DNA of 64,000 nucleotides from Selaginella moellendorffii. Its lineage: Eukaryota; Plantae; Lycopodiophyta. The stretch covers positions 496,001 through 560,000 of the forward strand of contig NW_003314290.1 in NCBI RefSeq assembly GCF_000143415.4, given 5' to 3'. The notes beneath the pieces are model-generated. The model ran no database searches and was not told the DNA's origin. It saw only the letters and a list, made by a program, of their open reading frames with translations. Numbering within the stretch: the first letter of the stretch is position 1; each line of letters starts with the position of its first letter. Made by a program: the position numbers and the translations under genes. Shown piece after piece: positions 13,101 through 24,412 of the stretch.

Positions 13101-14067
13101 GTAATGGAGCAGCTGTTGTATGTGGATCATTTCTTGGATTACTCCGGCATGAGGGACTCGATGCTTACTTCACTCGGCCGCAGCAGGAGTTCCTGCTCTT
13201 GTTTCTGACTGGTAATGAAGCTTCCATGCATGACAATTGGCCAGGATGATCAAGGAAGCCATGGACAAAGGCAAGGTCTACACGGCACACTCTCTCGCGC
13301 CTTTCTTATGAACGTTCTTGATGTAATAGAGATCAAGCGTGAGATCAAATGCAGGATCTACGCAAGGAACATGATGAGCAGCAGCCAAGGTCTTGTTTCG
13401 ATCTGGGAGACTTACGTTTTGCTCTACATACAGCGGCCACATAGAACAGAGTGGGAAAAGATTGATACAAAGAGACCTCAAGCTGAAGATTATGCAAGTT
13501 GGGACGTGAAGATTTTCCTGGCTACTGGAGAAACGAGGGCTTTGAAATGCTACTCAGAAAGAAAGAAAACTACTCGCTTCATCACTGGATCATGTTTCCT
13601 GCAAAGATAATCTGAAAGGTTTTGAGTACCTTGGTTGTGAACTTAGAAAGACCGGATTGGCGTGGAGGGAGGAAGTAAACCACAGCGAGCTTGACACTTG
13701 AGGTAGTGGTGCCGAGCAGCGATCATCTCCTTGTGCGTTAGTCCCTGTTTAAACAGATTCACCATGAAAAATTAAATTGCTAAAATTTCCCATTGATGTT
13801 TCTTACTTTTGGAAGGTCATAGAAATCGTCCAACGTCAGAGAAGTTCCATCTTCCTACGATCAGAAAGCTGAAAACGATAGAATCACCAAGGACCAAAAA
13901 AATGTACCTTTATTTTCCCCCTCTGGAGCTCCCTCTTCCTGGAAAATAAATCAAACGATCAATCTACAATACCAAGAGAGACAAGCAGACCACCGCCCAC
14001 GCTGATAGAATAGTGGTTCCCTTAGCGGAGTACCCTCGAATCCACCATCGCTAGCGCGAGGGATGCC

Positions 14068-15069
14068 ATGTGGGATGCTTTGTTTTGTTCTAATGGAAAT
14101 ATCAAAAAGGTTCTCGTTCCTACAAAACGGGTCCTAGGGTTTCAAAACTATCAAATGGCGATTGGTCTTCAGAACCAGGGAAGTACGTGCTCGATGAACA
14201 GCAGCCTCCAGTGCTTGCTACATACGCCACGGCTATCAGATTTCTTTGCAAAGTCGGACAAGATCAGGGGTGAAGTGGCGAATGATTTCAGGAAGCTGAT
14301 CATTGAGAGCATGCGTAGCAACGCGAGCGTGTCCATCAAGCCAGGACCCAAGCTCCAATCTAGCCCAGGCTCGCAACAGGATGCACAGGAGTATCTCATG
14401 TTCCTCTTGAATGCTTTGGATCAAGAGCTGAAGCAGGGTCATGATATGAGGGCTGCCACGAAAATGAAGCCTGTGAAATCAGGGAGAAAGGATCGTAAAG
14501 GTGGTGGTCAAGTGCAAAGCTCGCTAGTTGCAGAAATTTTTGAGGGTCAGAGCAGAACAAAGCTACAGTGCCCAAAGTGCTCCAACGAGGCCTCGGTGAC
14601 ACTTGAGACATTCATGTCTCTCTCGCTGCCAGTACCGTCATCGACTGTGGGCAACACCATTACCCTAGAATCGTGCATTCAAGAGTACACAAAAGATGAT
14701 ATGTTGGATGCATGGTGCTGCTCAAAGTGCAAGAGTAAGCAGCACAACATTTGCAAGAAGATGGAGTTTGTGAAACTTCCAGCCTGCTTGATTCTCCATC
14801 TCGCAAGGTTCAAGTGTGATTCGTCTGGAAATGTCGAAAAGATTGATACTGCCATAGATATTCCAGAAAGTGTGGAGATATCGGGGCAGCACTACTCACT
14901 ATATGGGTTGATAAACCACACCGGTGACGCTGATTACGGGCACTATACAGCGAGTATAAAACTTGGAAACAGTGAGTGGTATGCATGTGATGACGAATCG
15001 GTGGAACATGTTTCAGAACACAGTAGCTCCACAGATGCATACATTCTGTTTTACCAGAAAACTTCTTAG
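14068..15069 (+). CDS. Ubiquitin-specific protease (peptidase C19/USP), intronless, catalytic domain only; true start probably ATG 14155
   Basis: Cys box GLQNQGSTCSMNSSLQCL, QQDAQEYL, Zn-ribbon CPKC/CSKC, LPACLILHLARF, His box YGLINHTG..GHYTA and WYACDDE. Open frame, with a telo-box at 14135-14142 just before ATG 14155. Confidence 0.9.
   Translation: MWDALFCSNGNIKKVLVPTKRVLGFQNYQMAIGLQNQGSTCSMNSSLQCLLHTPRLSDFFAKSDKIRGEVANDFRKLIIESMRSNASVSIKPGPKLQSSPGSQQDAQEYLMFLLNALDQELKQGHDMRAATKMKPVKSGRKDRKGGGQVQSSLVAEIFEGQSRTKLQCPKCSNEASVTLETFMSLSLPVPSSTVGNTITLESCIQEYTKDDMLDAWCCSKCKSKQHNICKKMEFVKLPACLILHLARFKCDSSGNVEKIDTAIDIPESVEISGQHYSLYGLINHTGDADYGHYTASIKLGNSEWYACDDESVEHVSEHSSSTDAYILFYQKTS
14135..14142. 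promoter_or_regulatory. Telo-box (TAGGGTTT) upstream of USP
   Basis: Exact reverse complement of AAACCCTA, 12 bp before ATG 14155. Confidence 0.5.
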
Positions 15070-15499
15070 AGCGCATGAACATTTGTAACTCATGATAATA
15101 AGTTAATTCACGACCATATGACGGAATGTTTCGTTGTCAGATCGCAAACTTCCCTGACAAGAATGTATTGACACTGAAAAAGGAGACAAGTAACCTGCTT
15201 GTTTCCCCAAGAAGCTGGAGCTTTGTATGCATAAGCTCGAGGAATTAAGAATTCTGGACAACTTGAGAAAGCAAGCAAAGATTTACTCATTTCACCTTGA
15301 TAAAGACAAGCGGATCGAGTTTTACACATGGTCCACGCCTGGCTGGTAGGAAACACAGAACAGACACAAACAAAAACACGTTTACCTTGGGGACTTTTAT
15401 GTCCGACTAGTTGTTTGTTGAATCGGTCCCCTTATGTCGGCATCCGAAAAAGAGATAGACGGAAGCAACCAGGTGAGGTACCAGCGCGTTTTGAACTTC

Positions 15500-15580
15500 T
15501 CGTGAGGTACCTGGATCTCAGCTCCAACAATCTCAACACCATAGAAAGCTTGCTCCTACAAAACAATCGCCTGGATGCTG
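15500..15580 (+). pseudogene. Leucine-rich-repeat gene fragment
   Basis: VRYLDLSSNNL / IESLLLQNNRL match the plant LRR consensus LxxLxLxxNxL; no surrounding intact gene. Confidence 0.45.
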
Positions 15581-17248
15581 ATCTGTGTTTGCCTCCCTCC
15601 AAAGGTGTGCTAGTTTGATGGAGGCGAGCTTTAACACTCTTGGCGGAGAACTCCCAGCGAAAACCATCACCTGATCCTCTGGGCGAATGGTTTCGAGGGA
15701 CATATTCCATCCGCTTTAGCAACCTCATCGACCTGCAAGACCTGTAACGGTTGAGCTTGGTGAGTATTAACAAAGAGTAGAATGGCAACACCACCTTATG
15801 CGTTGTCACGACTTTTTCTTCCTCGATCTTCGCTTGGAACTTGCGAGGCGTTGAGCGGAAATGATGTCTTTTGTGTTGTTGCATCTTGCTGTGGAGAATT
15901 TTTTGAAGCCTTCAATTGGTTCCTGGTTGAGAACCGTACAAACTGCTTATTCAGTCTGATTCAAAACGAAGTGAGTTATGTGTGCGTAAAAATAACCCAA
16001 ACTGCAAAGTTTCGCTTACAGCGTTGCAAAGCTTTGAGTTGCACCCTCGTTCATGCTGCAATGGATCGTATGTCCATCTGAACAAATAGCGAGAGGAATT
16101 TATGGGGATAGATACAAAAAACAAATGTTTACCTTGCCAGGAACAGAATGTAGAAACAGACGGACGAAGTAGAACATCCAGCTTCAATGTGCGTGTTGGA
16201 CTTACAGAGAAGGCCTGTGTCCTTAGAGTGCATCTATTGGCAAAGAGCTGAACAACAAACAGAGTTAGCAGATCAAAAGAATGCTACTGGCCGTGATCGT
16301 TGTTAGTTGAATCAGCCCTCCAGGATTCAGTTCCTCCAAAGAAGAAACCACCACGTACGGCATCCCAAATGCTTTCGCTAGGCAGTGGCAGCCATTTACG
16401 TTGAAGCAAGGAGCTGCATCAGCAACCAGCGAAGAGAAGTTGCTCTACGTGAAAGTGTCCTGTGAGCTTGGAATGATGAAGAGTGGAGATTAGAGCGGAC
16501 TCACATTCTAAAACAACTGGCGATGACGACAGTTCTCCGGTTGCTGTCTAGAGCCGGCCACCAGTGACTTGAAAGAAAAGAAGACAGGCTTGACACTAGA
16601 ACGAGGTGTTAGTGAATGAGACTTGAGAAATCAATTTACCCTGTCCAGTTCCTTCTTGATCAGCCATAAGACTAGTGAAAATTTGTGTAGCTAAGGCACT
16701 CTGGGCTCAACCACAAGAATTTAAGTGGGATCCACAAGTCCAAGAATGCCATACCTTGTACGACGATTTTGTGATGCTCTCGATCGACGCCCAGCGACCT
16801 TGCAGCATGCCCAATGCAGGTCTGGATGGAGATCGTACCAAGAACAGCGCCCTGGGCGTCGAGAGAAGCGTCCCTACATCTTTAACTCCCAACGATATAA
16901 AAGGTAATATAGCATATATATATATATATTGTATCTCGTCTAAATGACCTCAAAACTGAGAGGTGGTTAAAATATGATAAAATTCTTTATCGTACATTAA
17001 TTTGTATAGATAGAAATTACCCAAAATAGTCATTTCAATGTTTTGAATGGATATATTTTGAATTTTTTAATCTTGTAAAAGTAGTTGTGCAATATACAAA
17101 AATAATTATATAATAACACTATTTGTTGGGTTGCATAAACTGTTTTTGAAATGACATTTTGTGCACTCACAATCACAAGTTTAGTTTTTTACTAAAATAT
17201 ATTATAGAAACTCATTATTCAAAAGAACCTTCTATATTAGCATTTATC

Positions 17249-17279
<31 letters not shown>

Positions 17280-17438
17280 AGGGCCAAGTGTATGTATGTA
17301 TGTATGTATGTATGTGTGTGTATGTATGTATGTATGTATGTATGTATGTATGTGTATGTATGTATGTATGTATGTATGTATGTATGTATGTATGTATATA
17401 TGTATGTATATACATATATACATACATATATGTGTATG
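17249..17438. repeat. Compound microsatellite (TA)n(TG)n(TATG)n
   Basis: Directly visible. Confidence 0.95.
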
Positions 17439-17971
17439 TTACCCTAATATGTTAACTATAATATTATAACATATGAATTGTACATTTAGGATTGGTCCTC
17501 AATTAATATATCTATTCCCATATCTCAAGAGGGGTATTGCAATTTATCTCTAAAAGTCAAAGCTTTTTGGCAGTGCTTCACTTAATGTTTAGGATCATAT
17601 TTTTATCGTTATTCCTTTATTCTTTTTTAAATCTAGCCTTTCTCCAAATCTAGGATTGTAGCTATTAGATTTATTCTTCCTTTTCAATTTTTATTGCATT
17701 CTTTTCTTCCACCATGCCATATTGTTGTTGATTGAAAAATGTTTTATCCAAGGCTGTAGATGATGTGTTGTTATTATCACCTAATACCATTGTTCTTATG
17801 GCTTAACTTTTGGTGTTATATAATATGATCTTATTCGTGTTACTCCAATTCTTAATGTGTTGTCCATCTCTAACTTTTGTGAGATGTATTTCTATAAATT
17901 CTTCTATTTTTGGTTTTTTGCCATTTTCTTTATAAGAAGTTAATGTTTATAAATTTGAGTAGATTCCTTTT

Positions 17972-18891
17972 TGTAATGCATATGATCATGGGATGAGATT
18001 TAGATATACTGTCATCATGGATCCTTAAAACCTTAGGGGATAAATAAGGATAAAATAGTCACTAAATCAAACAATGACCCATTTTTCAGTTGGCTTAAGG
18101 GGAGAAAGACAAAGTATGTTACATGTGGTATTAGAGCAAATAGCACGGGTTAATTTCTATTTACTAGTGATTACTTAAAATATAATTTGAAATTGTATGT
18201 ATGGGCTTTCTCTAAATTTGAAATTGCATGTATTGGGCATCCATGTGTATATCCTTCCTCTAAATTTAAAATTATATATATTAGGCATCCATACATATGC
18301 TTTTCCTCTTTTATATGTCCTTCCTCTTGGGGAGCATCCACAAACAAAAGTATCCAAATAGATAATATATATATCTTTTATCTTGTGGAGCATCTATAGA
18401 TGAAGGTATTCAAATAGATAAAATAACCTTCATAACTCTTTTTTTATAAAATAGTCTGACTTTATGATATACCCTTAAGTAAGGTATATTCCTAACCCTA
18501 AATTTGAAATTATATATATTAGGCATCTATGCATATGTCTTTCCTCTTGTGGAGCATCCATTGATGAAGATATCCAAATAAATAAAATAACCTTCATACT
18601 CTTTTTCCATGAAGTAGTACGGGTTCATTATCTTTTCGAAGAAATGATCTCAGATAGAAAATTGAGATTTACAAGGAAGTTTTGGGGCATATTAAACCAA
18701 TGGGTAGACCAAATGTGTGCATGCTCAAGTTGAGGATTATTTGTCGTATTATGTTATGATGGACTAATGCGATTGAGTTTAGCATTTAAACATAGTAGAA
18801 ATGTGTTATAACAATGTATTTTATAACATTATTAGTTGATTCATTTTGTATCTTTAATTGGCTTAAGGGGAGATAAATAACGTGCACTACA
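17972..18891 (+). mobile_element. TRIM-family element, copy 2, with integrase relic
   Basis: LTR 17972-18123 (TGTAA...TTACA), PBS TGGTATTAGAGC at 18126, partial 3' LTR ending ...CACTACA at 18891, TSD CTTTT on both sides (17967-17971, 18892-18896). Internal tandem duplications and an EEMISDRKLRFTRKFW relic near 18640. Confidence 0.8.
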
Positions 18892-20329
18892 CTTTTAATA
18901 AGGAATTTGATTATTTTAATGATAACTTTAGAGATGAGTTAAAGATTTCACAAGGTATGTATTAATTATTCAATTTGCCATTTAATACTTTTTCTTTACT
19001 TTATGCTCTTTTATAACCTTTCCTTATTTCTCGGCTGAGCCATCTTCTCATATTCCTAGTGTCTTTTCTTTATATGCAATATTTCCTTCTCCTAGCACAT
19101 TAAATATTTATAATATTTATATGATTATCATTCTCAATCTGGTATTGAGTTGAGTATTGTTTGTCTTTATCATATTAATTTAAATATTAAGTATATGTAT
19201 GAAGACAAGAATCTTTTTTTATTTTATTGTATTGAGTATTGAGTGCATATCCCTAGTTATGATATTAAGTATATGCATAAAGATAAGAATCTTATTTTAT
19301 TTTATTGTATTGAGTATTCCCCTATCTAAGGGTTAGATCATTTTTACTAGAGTTTTGGGTTGAGTGCATATCCCTGATTATGAATGTTTACGAGAGCATA
19401 TATTTTTTACTATTAATGCTAAGGAATTTATGTATTCCCTTGAGAATGTAGACTTTCACAATACAATAGTGGACCAAGAATAAAATAATATAAATTGTGA
19501 AGTGAGGACAAGCATAACAAGTTTGAATAGAATATATAGCTCCACGTATTGAATATGAATAAATGCCATAGTGAAATGAGGCCAAACATATATACAAAGT
19601 GAGGATAAGTCCAACAAATCCAAATAAAATTAGTGCTTTAGAAATTTGTTTTTATCCTTTGAGAAGAGGATAAAGAGGATGTAAAGAACAAATGAAGTGA
19701 CTGAAGAAAACACTTCTTTTAAGAAAGAAACATTAAGAAAAAACATTATTAAACTCATTATTCAAAGAAACCTTCTATATTACCATGTTTGTGTGTATAT
19801 ATATATATATATATGAAGAACTTTGGCCCGACTCAAAGATTTGTAACAAGAGCAGGAAGAGTTGTATTATATTCTATAAATGCCACTATCAACTGAGTCT
19901 AATTGTTCAACTACAATCCCATAGCATCAAGCAATTGCACCAACTGCTACTCTAAAGTCAAAAAAAGAGGAGGCTACTACTCTACCATGAAAATGAACAA
20001 AAAGGAAAGAGCAAAAGAGAAGAAGTTAAAAAAAGATGTAAGAAAAAGAAAATTTAAACAATGCAAAAGCTAAATCTAAAGTAAGATCCCAAATCCAAGC
20101 ACTCAAATTAAAGTTACCTCTCAACTCCACCAATATGAGTGTATAGGAGATGGAAATGGAATATAGAAATATGCATCTCAATTAACCAGAAAACCCTAGC
20201 TTATATATAAGAGTGAGTAGTCCAAATTGAAACCAATTTAACGACTACCAAAATCCCACTATGTGAATATTAGTATATGGCATCATAGTTGTACACTTGG
20301 ACCTCACACACACATATATCATTTGTGAT

Positions 20330-20770
20330 GATGTGTATTATTAGTTTAATCACTTTATAGTGGTTGCCACATATCATTCTTGGGATGATGCTCAATGTTT
20401 ATATGAATTTCCTATGTGTCTCCAAGCAACGCCATTGTAATGGTACAATGGTTTGATCGTATCCACTCGTGAGGATTGAAGCATTCTCCTAGACATTTTC
20501 AAACATGCATTTAGACATATCAATGATTGTGATAATGCCTTCTAACAATTGCATCATCTTTTTCAAGGGCCATTTGAGTTAGTGATGCAATTTGGTATTC
20601 GGATCCGGAGCCTCTTACTTTGTGTGGAGCCAAATATGTCAAAGTGGATCAAATTAAGAATATTATGGTCAACACTTTGTTAAGATCTTGTAGGACTTAT
20701 GCATGCATTTGCTCTAGCCACCCTTGACAATACTCTTTGCTTGGCACAACATTATGAGAGGTCACCTGTT
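20330..20770 (+). pseudogene. Retrotransposon gag relic
   Basis: Translates FIVVATYHSWDDAQCLYEFPMCLQATPL*WYNGL...ILLDIFKHAF, the typical gag W..L...F...F pattern, with stops. Confidence 0.5.
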
Positions 20771-20904
20771 CCACTTCTCACTCCACGTCCTTCAACTCTA
20801 GTTTTTTTATGGGAGATGGTTTTGTTGTAATGGAGGTTGATGTTACTATTACCCAAGTTCAAGGACAAGGGCGAGGACATAGTTGTGGTTGTGATGTTTG
20901 CTAT

Positions 20905-22577
20905 TAGGTTCCTTCTCGAACTCTATCTCAAACTCCTTCTCGGACTCTTTTTTGGATTCATTCCTGACACTTCCATGTGTCATGACACTTACCATATGTT
21001 AATCCTTCTTGTGTCCCTTTTTAGAGACTCATTCATCAATTGCTTCGTACTCATTCCTCGAACATTTTGTTCGGAGTTGCACTCCTATTGTCAACTTTCC
21101 AAGTCAAAGCTTTTGGTCTAACATATTATGCTTGTTGAACTTCTGCTTCGGCCACCACCATATGGCACCCTTTCTACTCCACTTTGGGGATTAGGGATTT
21201 GTGTCTCACAACTTCACCACCCATAGACAAAGTTCAATATCTTCATCGAATAATAAATCATTTTATAAAGTAATCCCATCATGGATTACCATTCTCATCC
21301 TTAGCATCAAGCTAATATTCGTTAATGGTTCAATACTAAAGGCTCACCATGCTTTGCCCATTTTTTAAGGAGTATAGTCTTTTTAACTTAAAGTCTTATT
21401 AGATTATTGGTGGTAGTTTTCTACTTTTGTTTATTTAGTTCTCATTAAACTCGTTAAAGACTGTAGTGCACCCTATCTCTCTCCTTTTAAGCCAATTGGA
21501 AAAAGGGCAATTTCTTGATAAAAAAGCCCTTAGTGGTTATTTTATCCCCATTTATCCCCTAAGGTTCCAAGAATCCATAGTGATAGTATATTTAAATTTC
21601 ATCTCATAATCATATATGCTACACTCACCCTTCCTTGAGAGATGTCAATGTCTTCATTAACTATTGACTAACAACCCCTACTGAGCCAAAGGGAACCAAC
21701 ACCTCCATTTCTACATTAAATCTACCAATCCTTCCATTGTGTAGACAAGCTGTTCTATGTGAAGCAAGTAGTCATCCACCTGTACTGCAATTTTACAGTG
21801 GATACCTTTGTTTGGGATGCTGCACAAGAGGAAGGATGTACACATGGATGCCCAATACATAGATTTTAAATTTTAGGGGTAGGAATATATTTTGCTTATA
21901 TTTTAAATAGCTACTAATCAACAAGAATTGAAACTTGTGCCATTTTCTCTGATACCACGCACTCTATCTCTCTCCCCTTAAATCAACTGGAAAAAGAGGC
22001 AATTGCTTAATGAAAAGCTCTTAGTAGCTATTTTATCCCCATTTATCCCCCAAAGTTTTATGAATCCACGGTAATAGTATATCCAAATTTCATCCTATGA
22101 TCATATGTGCTACAAAGACATCTTCTCAATTTCAATTTTACTATTCATTCCGGAGTAGTTTCGGCTCTACTAACATAACTATCACATTTTGTAACTTTAA
22201 TATTGACACCTCAAGTCAATTTCCTAGGTGTATACGGCACTTTACATCGCACTGAGTATGCAAACACCACTTTCCCATCTTAGGAAGTTCTTTACTTGAG
22301 GGCACCATCATCCTCTCTCCTATTGCGTGCCACTCTAGACACTAAGGTCCATTTATCCATAATTTATGTTAGGGTTGTCAATAGCTCTATTATTTGGTTA
22401 CTTTGTCGCTCCCTCCCTTAGAGTTTTCATATTTGCCAAATTGGAGCATTTAGGAATCCATCTTTGGAAACATATTTCATTTCCCACAATCCGTTAGCAT
22501 CCAAAATATGAGTATTCCTTACTTAACTTTGCCATTTAGATTCATTCCAATGATTTCTATGGCCCATTCTTAGCCAT
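20905..22577 (-). mobile_element. Family-A fragment (start of 3' LTR, PPT and internal region), interrupted by a TRIM
   Basis: 20905-21210 is the reverse complement of the LTR start (ends GTGTCTCACA); 21211-22577 is a reverse-complement homologue of about 7740-8439. Confidence 0.75.
21462..22114 (-). mobile_element. Complete TRIM, copy 3
   Basis: LTRs 21462-21623 and about 21958-22114, reverse-complement PPT CTCACCCTTCCT at 21624, reverse-complement PBS CTCTGATACCA at 21947-21957, perfect TSD AAGAC (21457-21461, 22115-22119). Confidence 0.9.
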
Positions 22578-23482
22578 TGTAGCACACATGAATTTGGAGT
22601 CGAACTCCAAGCCCGTTGCACTATGAAACAAGGGTCCAATACAATCCTACGAGCACCAGCTCCTTGTATCCAGCACCTGTATGCAAAATGGTGTCAGACG
22701 GAGTCTAGCACAATTTTGGCATACCGGTGGCCTAACGCGAGGAGGGTACCGCACCGACTAGAGCAGTGTGGAGTTTGGGCTTAGACCCAAGCCGGAAACA
22801 GAACAAGGAGTGACATAGCCCAGCAGGAGCCAAATTAATGTCTCAAATGGTCGGACATATATTCCAACCATTATCCTTACTATACATTTGGAACCCCCCC
22901 CCCCCTAGAGGAACACACGCTTTGGGCTTTCACCCCAGGCCTCCCTTAGTACCAGGAGTTAGTTTCTAGGATAAGCTTGAAACTTACTAAATATGGAATA
23001 TCTTTAGATTGTGAATTTGGACATGGGACGAACACCATTGTTTTGAGGCTGATCTCTACATTCCATAGATATGCTAAATGAGTGAATCTAGACACTTTCC
23101 ATAAATAGCATTTGGGACCAAAATGAGACTAATATAAAAGGCATGATGGCGAGGGTGTTTAGCAAACACGGTAAGCTATCGTCTAGCAAATATTGAGGGA
23201 CTAGTCTCAATATTGTGGGGTTCTTGATACTAGCAAGTGCAAGACAATGACGTGAGTTTCTCAAACCAGGCCGAGTATGCTCAGCAAGAAACACATAGGG
23301 TTCCTACCTTATGTTTATCCAATTTAAGTACAAGGTCATTGATCAATTTCTCAACTAGCTCAAGTGGGAACAATAAAGGGAACCAACAGTATTGACCTTC
23401 TACCGTTATAGCAATAAAGAAAGAGTGTCCGTAAAGACTGGTTGATAAGTATTTTTCAATACCCAAAGTCACATTTGTGACA
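22578..23482 (-). mobile_element. LTR of a second family (B), 3' LTR of a minus-strand element
   Basis: TGTAG...TGACA boundaries, followed by reverse-complement PPT CTCTCCCCCCCT. Shares the GCTTTGGGCTTTCACCC motif with family A. Confidence 0.6.
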
Positions 23483-24109
23483 CTCTCCCCCCCTTGGGGA
23501 AGATTGATGTTCTCGTCGATGCGTACCCGAGTCTAGCAAACTGTCAAGGAAACAACTCCAAAAGTTAATGGAAAGCATACTATGTGGGAAACACACCGAC
23601 TTAAATGAGTTATGAAACGACCTCTCCTCTATGTCCAAGGACATGAAGACTCAGACACCCTCCAACCGTCACCGACAAGGAAATAACTAACGGAGTTAGC
23701 CACCCTTGCTGCTCCGAGTACCACTCAGCTTACAAAGGAATGATACATCCTTGCCCGCAGGGACATAGGGAGAAAACCAAAGGCCCAACTTCCCCTGAGC
23801 AAGAAATCAACCCTGTTGGGAAGATTTAGACAACTATTATAAACTGGCAGATTAAGTTGTTTACACGACCACGCCCTTTTTCAAAAATAAGTCATTGAGA
23901 GAGAACTTGTGATCAGTCTATAATAGTTATCCCCATGTTTATGGATTAGACCCATGCACCGAAGTGCCGAAGTCAGCCTACCAAAACTGACTCAAGTACT
24001 AACAAATGAGAGTAACGACACTTTGATTTATAGAAGTATATTGCTTTATTAATTCTCTTTTTTCAAACATTTTATTTTATGTTCTAACAAATGTCCCTAT
24101 CATTGCATG

Positions 24110-24314
24110 TAGTAAATATTTAAATTATTAGAACAAAATGTGTTCTTTAGAACATTTTTATCTATATAATATATAGAGAGTTATTAAATTATTAGGTTCG
24201 CCATAACCTTAAAATTTTAAAATTTATAATGTTTGTATTAAATTACAATTGAAAATTGAGCTCAACTCGTGAGCTCAACTCTTCAACTCGTGAGCTCAAG
24301 TATGGTCCGCGCCC
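24110..24314 (+). mobile_element. MULE terminus, copy 4 (best preserved)
   Basis: GAGCTCAACTCGTGAGCTCAACTCTTCAACTCGTGAGCTCAAGTATGGTCCGCGCCC; homologous to the termini at 651 and about 13100. Confidence 0.55.
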
Positions 24315-24329
24315 CATGCAAGAGATAGT

Positions 24330-24412
24330 CATGGTAGACGTCACCATTTGCATAGTACAAAGTTCCCATCCTTGCCTTGAATCCAATCCCTGTTGTAGAA
24401 GCTCCCATCAAG
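24330..24412 (-). pseudogene. MORN-repeat gene fragment
   Basis: Minus strand gives DGSFYNRDW and GTLYYANGDVY (MORN consensus), frameshifted relative to each other. Confidence 0.5.

Noticed and set aside
13100-16910. Pack-MULE capture of the USP gene
   Set aside because: The gene lies outside the MULE terminus at about 13100, and I found no matching second terminus or TSD.
17159-17455. ORFs rich in CMYV/HTYI
   Set aside because: Translations of the (TATG)n microsatellite.
19140-19385. Short tandem duplications, plus a direct repeat at about 17210 and 19752 next to TA runs
   Set aside because: Ordinary slippage within an unclassified AT-rich repeat; no termini or coding signal could be supported.
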